A stretch of 64,000 nucleotides of DNA from NCBI GenBank assembly GCA_963729625.1, contig CAVSOU010000010.1:736001-800000 (forward strand), given 5' to 3'. A model generated the notes under the pieces. It ran no database searches and was not told where the DNA came from. It was given only the letters and a program-made list of their open reading frames with translations. A program made the translations under genes and the position numbers. Shown one piece after another: positions 28,914-38,300 of this stretch. The stretch is from an uncultured bacterium. Its GTDB lineage: Bacteria; Chloroflexota; UBA5177; JANWHV01. Position 1 is the first letter of the stretch. Every line of letters begins with the position of its first letter.

Positions 28914-29420
28914 GGATTGCTCCTTTCACCCCTGCATGAGGGCCGGCGACGATGCGAGCGCGGGTGACCGACAGCGCTCCAGCGTGCATGACCCAGGGCG
29001 CCGGTATCATCATAGCGCAATCAGCGCCAGCCGCTCGTGCTGAAGCATCCAGGTAGATCAGCAGAGCCTATCGCGTGATAAGTGCGCATGCCGTTGATCG
29101 CAATGATCCACCTCGGTTTTAAGGACACCTGCTTGTTTATTGTCAAATGGCCCAGTGCGACACGACGTCGCACCATTCGACTGGAGCGTGACAGAAACGG
29201 CGCTCCCAAGTCAGTATCCGGGACTTGTCCCCACCTTCTCCGTCACCCTCTCGCAGCCGCCACGACTGGCCCACTCCGGCAGACGTGCTGTTGCTCGCTG
29301 CCGACACCACCGTTCGCCGATTCGGAAATGCGACCCCTTGTCCTGACTGTAGACGAGCGACCCAGCGCCGCCGATGATTATGGCCACGGTGCGCACGCTC
29401 GTTCTTATCAAATACGCGTG

Positions 29421-29867
29421 CTACTCCGGTGCCAACACTGTGGATAGTGGGACCCGATCGATCAAATCTGCTTCGATTCGTGCCTTGATCGCGTCGCGCA
29501 CAGTGCGATAGGCCGCAAGCTGCTCGTCCTCGCTGCCGGACGCTTTCGAGGGGTCCGGAAAGCTCCAGTGCAGCCGTTCGCGGGCTCCGGAAAAATACGG
29601 GCACGCCTCCGCCGCGTCGTCGCAGACGGTGATCACGCGATCGAATTGCTCGTGCAGATAGCGCTGCAGTGTCTTGCTCTCCTGTCCCGAGATGTCGATG
29701 CCGATCTCACCCATGGCGCGGAGAGCCAGGGCCCGCACGTGCGTGGCTTCGGTGCCGGCCGAGAAGGCCTCGAAGCGATCGCCGGCAAGCGACCGCAGCA
29801 GCCCTTCGGCCATCTGGCTGCGCGCCGAATTGTGTGTGCAGAGAAAGAGCACGCGTTTCTTGCTCAT
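29421..29867 (-). CDS. arsC: Arsenate reductase, thioredoxin-coupled LMW-PTPase fold
   Basis: CTHNSARSQMAE P-loop; C-x6-C resolving pair (TVCDDAAEAC); HWSFPDP. Confidence 0.92.
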   Translation of the reverse strand: MSKKRVLFLCTHNSARSQMAEGLLRSLAGDRFEAFSAGTEATHVRALALRAMGEIGIDISGQESKTLQRYLHEQFDRVITVCDDAAEACPYFSGARERLHWSFPDPSKASGSEDEQLAAYRTVRDAIKARIEADLIDRVPLSTVLAPE

Positions 29868-29949
29868 GAGGTCCTCCCACTTCCTGCCGAGCAGGCAAGC
29901 TCAGCTGATGAATCAGATTAGGGCCGGCGCCGGCATGCACAGCATCTCG

Positions 29950-30741
29950 CTACGAGCTTCGCCGCAGCTGTACGGCATCCCCGACGACACGCAGGAAGTG
30001 CTCGATTCGCAACTCAAGCTCCGTCACGACGCTGGAGAATGCCAGCTGTCGGTCGGCATCGTCCTCGATCATTGACGGATCCGGGATACTCCAGTGCAGG
30101 CGCATGGGGTCACCGAGAAAGGATGGGCACACCTCTCGTATGCGATCGCAGACCGTCACCACGTAGTCGAAGGCCTGCTCGGTGAACTCGGAGAGCGGCT
30201 TGGCCCGGTAGCCGGTCGTATCCACGCCGCGCGCCTGCAGCAGAGCGAGAACCTCGGGAAGAACGGCGGTCGGGTGACTCCCGGCACTGTACGGGGCGAT
30301 CCGACCACCGCCGCACACATGGGCGAGTCCTTCCGCCAGTTGTGACCTCGCGCTGTTGTGGGTGCAGAGAAAGAGCACGCGAAGCGGCCGGTCCAGTGAC
30401 GGCTGTGACTGCTCGTCGGGCAGCGACTCACGCGCTACCTCCAAGGCATCGCCCAAGGTGGTATAGAACCGTCGCAAGCGCGGCAAGTCGAGATGATAGT
30501 AGATGTCGCGCGCGTCGGCACTGCTGCGGTGGTCCGCCACCAAACCCATGTCGCGCAGGTACTTGAGGTGGTACGACACTGCGTTCTGTGACATCTCAAG
30601 CCACTTGACCATGTCACCGCCGCGCAAATCGGTCAACGTGAGCCTGCGGAGAATGGCAAGACGCGTCTCGTCGCCCAGTGTTCGGCAGAACTGCACCATC
30701 TCAGACGTGGATGCGACGCCGGCGAGCGTGTTGGTACTCAT
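29950..30741 (-). CDS. ArsR-ArsC fusion protein
   Basis: N-terminal ArsR HTH (LGDETRL...QNAVSYHLKYL); C-terminal CTHNSARSQ domain. Confidence 0.9.
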   Translation of the reverse strand: MSTNTLAGVASTSEMVQFCRTLGDETRLAILRRLTLTDLRGGDMVKWLEMSQNAVSYHLKYLRDMGLVADHRSSADARDIYYHLDLPRLRRFYTTLGDALEVARESLPDEQSQPSLDRPLRVLFLCTHNSARSQLAEGLAHVCGGGRIAPYSAGSHPTAVLPEVLALLQARGVDTTGYRAKPLSEFTEQAFDYVVTVCDRIREVCPSFLGDPMRLHWSIPDPSMIEDDADRQLAFSSVVTELELRIEHFLRVVGDAVQLRRSS

Positions 30742-31790
30742 TACTGCACCATGCCAAGGATCATCGTTGCCTGCTCCTGAATGTCATACGGTAGAGGTAT
30801 CGTATTCTGCTGCTGGCCATTCATCACCAGCCAGCGGAACAGTTGGATCAGCGCCTGGTCATGCGCTTTGGGGTGTTCCGGCAGTAGCACCCAGGAGTAG
30901 CCGGCGATGGGATAGCTTCCCACTCCGAGCGCGTTCACGATCGAGAAGTCCGTGGCGCTGATGTACGGGCGCTGTGCCGCCGCCGTGCGCACAGTGGCGA
31001 CTGTCGGCAGCACGAAGTAGCCGAAGCGATTCTTGATCTTGGCGTACGAGATGTGATTGCTCAAGGCGTAGTCCAACTCAATGTAGCCGAGGGCGCCGGG
31101 ATGTTGTTGGATGGCCGCGGCGACGCCAGCGTTGCCGTTCCCGCCCAGGCCGCTGGGCCAGGGGACCGACTTGGCCGTGCCGATGGCGGTCTGCCAGGAG
31201 GAACTCACCGTGCTGAGGTAGTCCGTCGTGATGTAGGTGGTGCCGCTGCTATCGGAGCGGTGCACAGGGATGATCGGGAGCTTGGGTAGTGACAGCGATG
31301 GATTCAGTTTCGCGATCGCGGCATCATTCCAGACGGTGATCTTGCCCATGAAGATCGCCGCCAGAGTCGATCCGTCCAGTTGCACGGGTACCGTGATGCC
31401 CGGCAAATTGTAGGCGATGGCGACGCCGCCAAGGGCGATGGGAGCCTGGACCACCGGGCCGACGACGGCCTGGGCCGCCTGCAGCTCGGTGTCGTTCATC
31501 GGCACGTCGCTGGCACCGAAGTCGACCTGCCCCTTGCTGAACTGCTCGATGCCTGCCCCCGACCCGACCGCGCGGTACGTAATAGCCGCCGGATTGTGGG
31601 CCGAGTAGTCGGCAAAGGCCTTTGCGAAGAACGGCGCGTCAAAGGTTGAACCGGCGCCAAGCAAATGCACGACGGCATGGGCTCCGCCTCTACTGGCCGC
31701 GCGCACCGGCGCCGGCACCACCGCCGTAGCCATGCTCGCGAGACACAACGTTGTGAGGATCAGTTGTTGCCGATGAGTTGTGGTCTGCAT
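30741..31790 (-). CDS. pstS: Phosphate ABC transporter substrate-binding protein
   Basis: GAGSTF, GSGAG, DFGASD, HRSDSSGTT, YPIAGYSW. Confidence 0.93.
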   Translation of the reverse strand: MQTTTHRQQLILTTLCLASMATAVVPAPVRAASRGGAHAVVHLLGAGSTFDAPFFAKAFADYSAHNPAAITYRAVGSGAGIEQFSKGQVDFGASDVPMNDTELQAAQAVVGPVVQAPIALGGVAIAYNLPGITVPVQLDGSTLAAIFMGKITVWNDAAIAKLNPSLSLPKLPIIPVHRSDSSGTTYITTDYLSTVSSSWQTAIGTAKSVPWPSGLGGNGNAGVAAAIQQHPGALGYIELDYALSNHISYAKIKNRFGYFVLPTVATVRTAAAQRPYISATDFSIVNALGVGSYPIAGYSWVLLPEHPKAHDQALIQLFRWLVMNGQQQNTIPLPYDIQEQATMILGMVQ

Positions 31791-31883
31791 TCGAATTACC
31801 CCTTTCGGAGGCCTGCCGCGTTGCTGTGGCGCATTTTCACCTCTGCCACGTGTCGGTCACCCGTGTCAATGCCGGTTAGTGCA

Positions 31884-31904
31884 TCAACAGGAATTGCATC
31901 AATA
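31884..31904. promoter_or_regulatory. ArsR-type operator upstream of pstS
   Basis: TCAACaggAATTGCATCAaTA matches the reverse complement of the arsD upstream site. Confidence 0.6.
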
Positions 31905-31932
31905 TCGTCAGTACTAGTATGCCTATCAGGCG

Positions 31933-33348
31933 CTATGGGCCAAGATGGCGGCGGTCGATCAGATTTCTATCCCCGTGCGGGCCCCGGTCCTCCCGCGCCG
32001 CGCTCGTCCATGCCTGCGCGGCCAGCTGCACCGGGTCCCACGGACTGGAAAGCGGCGGCGTGTAGCTCAGGTCCAGATCGCTCAGCTCCTCCACGCGCAT
32101 GCGATGAAAGAGCGCGGAGGCGAAGACGTCAATGCGCTTGGCCACGCTGGCCCGCCAGTGGCCCAGTATCTGCGCGCCGAGGAGCTGACCCGTGCTCCGG
32201 TCGCCGATGACGCGGAGATGCAAGTCGCGCGCCCCCGGATAGTACGCCTTGTGGTCCGGCACCGCCAACGAGACGGTCAGCGCGTCGTACCCGGCGGCTC
32301 GCGCCGCCACCTCGCCCAGGCCGGTGCCGGCGATGGCCAGATCGAACACTTTCACGACCTGCGTGCCCAGGGAACCGGCGAACAGGGCGTGACCGCCGGC
32401 AGCGTTCTCCCCCGCCACACGTCCCTGCTTGTGGGCGGTGGTGCCCAGCGGCAGGTAGACAGGACGTTCGAGCAGTCGGTGCCAGGTCTCCACACAGTCG
32501 CCGGCGGCAAAGACATCCGGCAGGCTGGTCTCCATGGCGTGGTTCACGTGCAAGGCGCCGCGCTCACCCAGTGTGGCGCCGCCAGCCTTGGCAAGCTCGG
32601 TGGACGGCCGCACACCCGCTGCCACCAGCATGAGATCCGCCGCGGCCGTGAAGTCCGGCGTACCCGTGACCCGCAGCCCGTGCGTTCCTTCGCCGATCAC
32701 AGTGATGGCGACGCTCGTATGCACCGTGACCCCATGGCGTCTGAGCTCGGCCGCGACGTCCTCACCCAGCGGCGGATCGGCCGTTGGCATGACGGTGGGT
32801 GTCATCTCCACCAGGGTGACCGCCAGGCCGCGATGCCTGAGGGCATCGGCCATCTCCAGACCGATGTAGCCGCCACCGATGATCAGGGCGGAGCGCGACT
32901 CCTCGCGGGCGAGTCGCTCGTGCAGAGCGAAGGAGTCATCCATCGTATGCAGCATAAAGACACCGGGAAGATCGAGACCAGCGATAGGCGGGCGAAGCGG
33001 CGCGGCGCCGGTGGCGATCACCAGGCGGTCATAGGCGAGTGTTATAGCGTCGCCAACCCGCGGCGTCGCAGATACGGCGTGGGCAGCGGGATCGATGCGT
33101 GTGGCCGTGTGGTCAAGGAGCAGTCGCACGCCGCGCGCCTCCAGATCGACGCTGGTGCGATGGGCCAGCTGAGGCCACTCCTTGACCTCACCCGAGAGGT
33201 AGAAGGGCAGCCCACAGATGCTGAAGTTCGGGAAGCGGTCGGCGACGAGCACGGTGACGTCTGATAGGGGAGCGACCTCTCGCGCCCGCAGCGCGGCGCT
33301 GATGCCGGCATCACTGCCGCCAATGACCAGCAGTCGGGTGGCAGCCAT
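31933..33348 (-). CDS. FAD-dependent pyridine nucleotide-disulfide oxidoreductase (CoADR-like)
   Basis: GGSDAG, NFSICGLPFY, GGGYIG, LSYTPP. Confidence 0.9.
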   Translation of the reverse strand: MAATRLLVIGGSDAGISAALRAREVAPLSDVTVLVADRFPNFSICGLPFYLSGEVKEWPQLAHRTSVDLEARGVRLLLDHTATRIDPAAHAVSATPRVGDAITLAYDRLVIATGAAPLRPPIAGLDLPGVFMLHTMDDSFALHERLAREESRSALIIGGGYIGLEMADALRHRGLAVTLVEMTPTVMPTADPPLGEDVAAELRRHGVTVHTSVAITVIGEGTHGLRVTGTPDFTAAADLMLVAAGVRPSTELAKAGGATLGERGALHVNHAMETSLPDVFAAGDCVETWHRLLERPVYLPLGTTAHKQGRVAGENAAGGHALFAGSLGTQVVKVFDLAIAGTGLGEVAARAAGYDALTVSLAVPDHKAYYPGARDLHLRVIGDRSTGQLLGAQILGHWRASVAKRIDVFASALFHRMRVEELSDLDLSYTPPLSSPWDPVQLAAQAWTSAAREDRGPHGDRNLIDRRHLGP

Positions 33349-33351
33349 AGC

Positions 33352-34026
33352 TCACGCCCCGTGCCGGAAATGCAGCTTCTCCGTGACAGTGGCGAGCGTC
33401 TGCGTCACGCCACTGGGTTGGGGAGCCTGCTGTGTCTCGGTCTTGTCCGTCATGCCCGCCAGCGATTCGGGCCGCCCGCGCCGCCCGCTGGCCGGATGGG
33501 GCATGTTCAGCAGGTGGCCAATGCGCGTGTTCAGCTCCAGCCATAGGGTGCTGAGCGCGCGCGCGCGGGCCGTTTTGTCTTCAATGAGGGACGGGTCGGG
33601 AAAGCTCCAGTGGATGCGTATCGGGTCGCCGGGGAAGGCCGGGCACTGGTCGCGAACGCTGTCGCACAGGGTGATGATGTAGTCGAACGACTGGCCCACG
33701 AACTCGTCCATGGACTTGGAGCGGTGCTGGCTCACGTCGATACCGTGCTCCTCCAGGAGCGCGGCGGCCATCGGGTGCACGCTTGTGGGGTGACTGCCGG
33801 CGCTGAACGCTTGCACGCGCGGCCCGCCCCGCACGCGAAGGATGGCTTCCGCCACCTGCGAGCAGGCGCTGTTATGCGTGCAGAGGAAGAGCACGCGGAT
33901 ACGCTCGTCTCGGTCCGTCGACTCGGTAGGTGTGGCCGCGTACGTCGTTGGCGTCTCGCTCGCCTCAAGGGCTGTCGGAACCTGATCGTCCGAACGGTTA
34001 GGCTGGGTATCGGTGTCGCTACGCAT
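33352..34026 (-). CDS. arsC: ArsC-like protein with P-loop Arg->Cys change and N/C extensions
   Basis: CTHNSACSQ; TLCDSVRDQCP; HWSFPDP. Confidence 0.8.
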   Translation of the reverse strand: MRSDTDTQPNRSDDQVPTALEASETPTTYAATPTESTDRDERIRVLFLCTHNSACSQVAEAILRVRGGPRVQAFSAGSHPTSVHPMAAALLEEHGIDVSQHRSKSMDEFVGQSFDYIITLCDSVRDQCPAFPGDPIRIHWSFPDPSLIEDKTARARALSTLWLELNTRIGHLLNMPHPASGRRGRPESLAGMTDKTETQQAPQPSGVTQTLATVTEKLHFRHGA

Positions 34027-34256
34027 TGTCTTGTCTCCTCGGATACTACTTCTACGAACATGCAATCGAAGGCCGCTTGCGATCCAAGCGCGTCACGAAC
34101 ACATCACGGCATCATGTGGGGTGTCCTTATGCCGGGCCAGGCGGTTCGGCCAGGTGCATACGCCGCCAGCTGGAAGGATGCGGTAGGAGCAGCAGATAGC
34201 TGATGAGTTCGACTCATCGTCCGCGACCCCATTGCCCTGCCTCTCAGGTTATTACA

Positions 34257-34270
34257 TCAATGGAATTTGA
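34257..34270. promoter_or_regulatory. ArsR-type box TCAA-N6-TTGA
   Basis: TCAAtggaatTTGA in the divergent intergenic region. Confidence 0.65.
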
Positions 34271-34438
34271 TTCAATCTCTACTGTAGTGTGACAGGAGCG
34301 CGCCAGGAAGTCAATTGGAGCAGGCTGGAGCTTGACAATCGCTCAGGTCGGTGCCGTACGCGCCAATGACGGTGTGTCGGCGTTCATCCTCACACCCGAC
34401 TCGCCGCCCACTCGTAGTAGGAGGATAGGTCCAGCTTC

Positions 34439-34705
34439 ATGAGCCTTCAGCACACCCTCTTCATTCCGGCCCTGCTTGTGCCCCTGGCTATGGACACGTT
34501 CGTACTTGCAACTGCATTGGGGCTTACCGGGCTACCAGAAGAGCAACGGGCTCGAACAAGTATCGTGTTCGCCGGCTTTGAGGCTGGCATGCCGGTCGTG
34601 GGTGTTCTCGTCGGAAGCGGCATCGGCAGCGTTCTCGGTCAGTTCGCAGGCCATGTGGCAGCCGTGGTGATCGGCATGGCTGGCGTGCTGCTTTTGCGCC
34701 CGAGA
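34439..34705 (+). pseudogene. MntP-family manganese efflux pump, N-terminal half only
   Basis: PLAMDTF...FEAGMPVVGVLVG...; second repeat absent. Confidence 0.7.
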
Positions 34706-34843
34706 GCGTGGGGGGTCAGGCTTGCGACTCCGACAGGCCCGGGCGCGGCACCACTCCGTGCCATGCGGCCCCCACAACGCAGGCCGTTGGGCCCTGGCGG
34801 GAGCGAACCAATCCGGCGTCTACTACAAGCGAAAGGTACATCA

Positions 34844-35206
34844 ATGGCTATTGAACTAACAATCAGAGCCGTCGACGTCGAGCCGCCTGCCGCGGACTTC
34901 CTGAAGCTGCTCGCCGACCCCACGCGGCGCCAGATCTTTCTCCTGCTGATGCGCGGTGAGATCTGCAACTGCGAACTTGCCGTCGAGCTAGATCTGCCGC
35001 AGAACCTGATCTCGCACCACATTCGGAAGCTGCGGGAAGCCGGGCTCGTACACGAGCATCGCGATCCGCATGATGGGCGCTGGATCCACTATACGGTGGG
35101 CGTGGAGGCGCTGGCCGCCGCTTGGCAGGCGTTGATGGCGGCCTTCGACCCCGCGCATCTCGGATCGCGCGTGCCGCCGTGCCGCAGCACCACGCTTGAG
35201 CCATAG
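34844..35206 (+). CDS. arsR: ArsR/SmtB family repressor
   Basis: LADPTR, EICNCEL, QNLISHH; TCAAtggctaTTGA overlaps the start codon. Confidence 0.88.
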   Translation: MAIELTIRAVDVEPPAADFLKLLADPTRRQIFLLLMRGEICNCELAVELDLPQNLISHHIRKLREAGLVHEHRDPHDGRWIHYTVGVEALAAAWQALMAAFDPAHLGSRVPPCRSTTLEP

Positions 35207-35253
35207 GGCGCGGCGGACGGGAGCCACTGTTCTTTTTTCGTGTGGGATATACA

Positions 35254-35267
35254 TCAATAAGAGTTGA
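35254..35267. promoter_or_regulatory. ArsR-type box TCAA-N6-TTGA
   Basis: TCAAtaagagTTGA just upstream of the permease. Confidence 0.65.
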
Positions 35268-35273
35268 ACTAGC

Positions 35274-36377
35274 ATGATTGTCGAACGTCAGCGCGCCAGC
35301 AAGCAAGAGCAGGATGGTGCGTACAGCTTCGTGTTGGCCGACCCGGCCGCCGCTTCCCCAGGACATCCGAACCGCTGGCTAGGCCTGCGTATCGCCGTCG
35401 CGGTGGTCGTCTGGGTGTATCTCTACAGCCAGCTCGACGCCTTCGCCGGCTGGCTGAGCTACGACATACTCCGTCTGCAGCGCGGCACGCACCTCGGTGA
35501 CGCGGTGGACTTCTGGGTTACCGACGTGCCCAAGATCTTCCTCCTTCTCTCCGGTATCGTCACCGTGGTCACGATTATCCGCAGCTACTTCCCACCTGAG
35601 CGGGTGAAGAAAGCCCTGGCCGGCAAGGGCGAATTCATGGCCACGGTGCTGGCGGCACTGCTAGGGACGATCACCCCCTTCTGCTCCTGCTCGGCGGTAC
35701 CACTCTTCATCGGCTTTGTGGAATCCGGCCTGCCACTGGCCGTCACCTTTGGCTTCCTGATCGCTGCACCGGTGGTTAATGAGGTGGCCCTCGTGATGCT
35801 GGCCGGGCTGTTCGGCTGGAAGATCGCGCTTTTCTATGTGGGCATGGGGCTGGTGGTCGCGGCAGTGGGCGGCACGGTGATCGGTCACCTGCACCTGGAG
35901 GATCAGGTAGAAGACTACGTCTATCGGATCAAGGTGGGTGAGGGGGAGACAGCGCGCCTGACCTTCGCCCAGCGTCTCGACGATGGGATCGCCTATACGA
36001 AGGATATTTTGCGCCGGGTCTTCCCCTGGGTCCTGGGTGGCATCTCCATCGGAGCGCTGATCCACGGCTATGCGCCGACGGACTTCGTGGTGCAGTATGC
36101 CGGGCGCGGCAATCCGCTAGCGGTGCCGCTCGTGGTGCTGATCGCTGTCCCGCTCTATTCGAACGCCGCCGGCACCATCCCCATTGTCCAGGCACTGATG
36201 GAGAAGGGGTTGCCGATGGGCACCACGCTGGCCTTCATGATGGCGATCACGGCCATCTCGGCGCCCGAGATGATCATCCTGCGCAAGGTCATCAAGCCGA
36301 AGCTGATTGCCGTCTTCATCACGGTCGTCACCCTGGCAATCATCCTGATCGGCTACGTCTTCAACGCGATTGTTTAG
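35274..36377 (+). CDS. arsP: ArsP/DUF318 permease
   Basis: TPFCSCSAVP, PLYSNAAG, ISAPEMIIL. Confidence 0.9.
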   Translation: MIVERQRASKQEQDGAYSFVLADPAAASPGHPNRWLGLRIAVAVVVWVYLYSQLDAFAGWLSYDILRLQRGTHLGDAVDFWVTDVPKIFLLLSGIVTVVTIIRSYFPPERVKKALAGKGEFMATVLAALLGTITPFCSCSAVPLFIGFVESGLPLAVTFGFLIAAPVVNEVALVMLAGLFGWKIALFYVGMGLVVAAVGGTVIGHLHLEDQVEDYVYRIKVGEGETARLTFAQRLDDGIAYTKDILRRVFPWVLGGISIGALIHGYAPTDFVVQYAGRGNPLAVPLVVLIAVPLYSNAAGTIPIVQALMEKGLPMGTTLAFMMAITAISAPEMIILRKVIKPKLIAVFITVVTLAIILIGYVFNAIV

Positions 36378-36437
36378 CACGCAATGCAGCCCGGAGCGGG
36401 CAGACTGAACCGTTGGCAGCAAAGAAGGAGAGACACC

Positions 36438-36683
36438 GTGGACGTCAAGATTCTGGGAACCGGCTGCTCGAACTGCAAGCGGCTGGAAGCACTGGTACGG
36501 GAGGTGGCCGCGACAGAACACCTTCAACCCGCGATCGACAAGGTGACCGACATCCCCGCCATTATGGCCTACGGCATCATGCACACACCCGGCCTGGTGA
36601 TCGACGGCGAGGTCAAGGCTAGCGGGCGTATTCCGTCAAAGGCTGAAGTCGCGGGCTGGCTGCTGGCCGCGGCTGCCAAGTAA
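36438..36683 (+). CDS. Small redox-active disulfide protein (MTH895-like thioredoxin family)
   Basis: KILGTGCSNC, TPGLVIDG, GRIP. Confidence 0.9.
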   Translation: MDVKILGTGCSNCKRLEALVREVAATEHLQPAIDKVTDIPAIMAYGIMHTPGLVIDGEVKASGRIPSKAEVAGWLLAAAAK

Positions 36684-36767
36684 GCAAGGGCCAGGAACGA
36701 GCGGCGGCGCGGCTCGAGGACCCGGAGGCACGCCGCCTACCCTCTTCCCTTGAAGGAGAAAACGTCC

Positions 36768-37500
36768 ATGTCAACCGTGATGACTGTGAAGAGCCCAGTT
36801 CTCGAGCCGCCTCGCCCTCCTGCTCAATCATGGCTTAGCCGCTTCCATACCGGCTGGTTCGCCGCCGTCATGGGCACGGTGGTGATCGGCGTGGTGGCCA
36901 ACACGAATCCCGGGAACCAGCCGGCACTGAAGGATGCCTGCGAGGCGCTCGCCGTGGCGATGGTCGCGCTGGCACGCTTCTTGCTTGTCGCCAGCTACGC
37001 GGCCTGGGGCATGGGCTTCTTCCTCTTCCTATTGACCGCCGCCCTGCTCTACGCGCGGTATGTCTACAACCCGCTGCCCAAGGCACCCATGGCGCCCGCC
37101 TTCGGGATTGGCCTGGGCCCGATCGGCGTGGGCGGCCTGACCCTGCTGCGCATGGCCCAGGCCTCAGGGGTCGTCTGGCACAGGGCGAACGTAACGGCCG
37201 TGAGCCAGCTCTCCTCGCTGGCCGCCACCGCCTTCCGGGGGCTTCGGCCTCTGGTGGCTGCCCATGGCACCCATGCTCCTGGCGCGCTACCGGCGTGCAG
37301 GCCGCCTACCGTACGGCGTCGGCTGGCGGGCCTTCGCGTTCCCGCTCGGCGCCTACACGACGTTGACGCGCGCGCTCTCACGTGCCTGGAACCTCGGTGT
37401 CATTGAGGTGCTCGGCGCCGCGTTCGCCTGCTTGCTCGCGGCATTCTGGCTCGTAGTCACCACCTACACGCTCGTGCATATGCGAACCGGCCTAGCCTGA
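36768..37500 (+). pseudogene. TDT/SLAC1-family anion transporter, internally deleted and frameshifted
   Basis: GWFAAVMGT...IGLGPIGVG; second frame AFAFPLGAY; shift in G-run 37237-37241. Confidence 0.75.
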
Positions 37501-37690
37501 AGACGCTGATGTGCCGGCGTGAAGATCCGATGGGCGCGGGTCAATGAGCGGCGAACACGACCACGCCCACGGCATGACGCGCAACACGACGCCCCAATAG
37601 TTTCGCTATCCCTGCCGGCGCGTGCGTCTCGGTCGCGCGTTGAATCGTTGAGGTCGTCCTAGACTGAGGGTGTATCGCGCTGATATCATT

Positions 37691-37704
37691 TCAATGTAGG
37701 TTGA
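37691..37704. promoter_or_regulatory. ArsR-type box TCAA-N6-TTGA
   Basis: TCAAtgtaggTTGA upstream of arsR. Confidence 0.65.
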
Positions 37705-37742
37705 TATATATCTACGATGGTTGCGGAGAAAGAGGCAGGGGA

Positions 37743-38162
37743 ATGGCGAGGTCGGTGATCGCGGCTCGGTCCTCGGGATTGGAGACCGAGGCGCAACTTG
37801 GGGATGTGCTGCGGGTGCTCGCAGACCCCACACGGCTGCGAATCTTCCGCCTGCTGCGTGCGGGGGAAGCCTGTGTCTGCGAGATGGCGGCCGAGCTGAA
37901 GCTGGCTGAGAATCTCGTCTCCCATCACCTGCGTGCGCTCCGCGAGGTCGGACTGGTCCACGATCGGCGTGACCGCTCGGATGCGCGGTGGGTTTACTAT
38001 CACCTGAGCACGCCCGCGCTCGCTCGGATACGTGCAGAACTTGGCGCTCTGTTCGATCCGTTTACCCTCGGCGTGCGCACGCCGACCTGCGGTCCCGCCG
38101 CGCTCATTCAGGTAGGAGCGAGCGGCGCGGAGCGCGCGGCGGAGATGTGCTGCACGAGGTGA
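37743..38162 (+). CDS. arsR: ArsR family arsenic-responsive repressor
   Basis: LADPTRL, EACVCEM, C-terminal CC. Confidence 0.9.
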   Translation: MARSVIAARSSGLETEAQLGDVLRVLADPTRLRIFRLLRAGEACVCEMAAELKLAENLVSHHLRALREVGLVHDRRDRSDARWVYYHLSTPALARIRAELGALFDPFTLGVRTPTCGPAALIQVGASGAERAAEMCCTR

Positions 38163-38201
38163 ATTGGGGCATGGCGTGGCGATCTTGGTGTGTCCAGGAT
38201 A

Positions 38202-38230
38202 TCAATAGCTACTGATGCAATTGTAGTTGA
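38202..38230. promoter_or_regulatory. Tandem ArsR-type boxes upstream of arsD
   Basis: TCAAtagctaCTGA-t-GCAAttgtagTTGA. Confidence 0.65.
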
Positions 38231-38300
38231 GCTATGAAGCCGTGAGTGCGAGGGATGTACCCGCAGCCGCGTGCAAAGTTGCCATGAAGGGAAGAGAACG

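Noticed and set aside
31945-33264. Long antisense or alternate-frame ORFs (also 46013..47557, 10185..11582, 51117..52322)
   Set aside because: Shadows of well-supported genes in high-GC DNA, with no recognisable motifs
34200-34218. CTGATGAG resembling a hammerhead ribozyme core
   Set aside because: It forms a simple GATGAG/CTCATC hairpin; no GAAA core or stems I/III found
34439-35206. Apparent MntP-ArsR fusion ORF
   Set aside because: The linker is low-complexity and not protein-like, and ArsR has its own GAAAGG RBS and operator at 34841; more likely a deletion remnant that happens to be in frame
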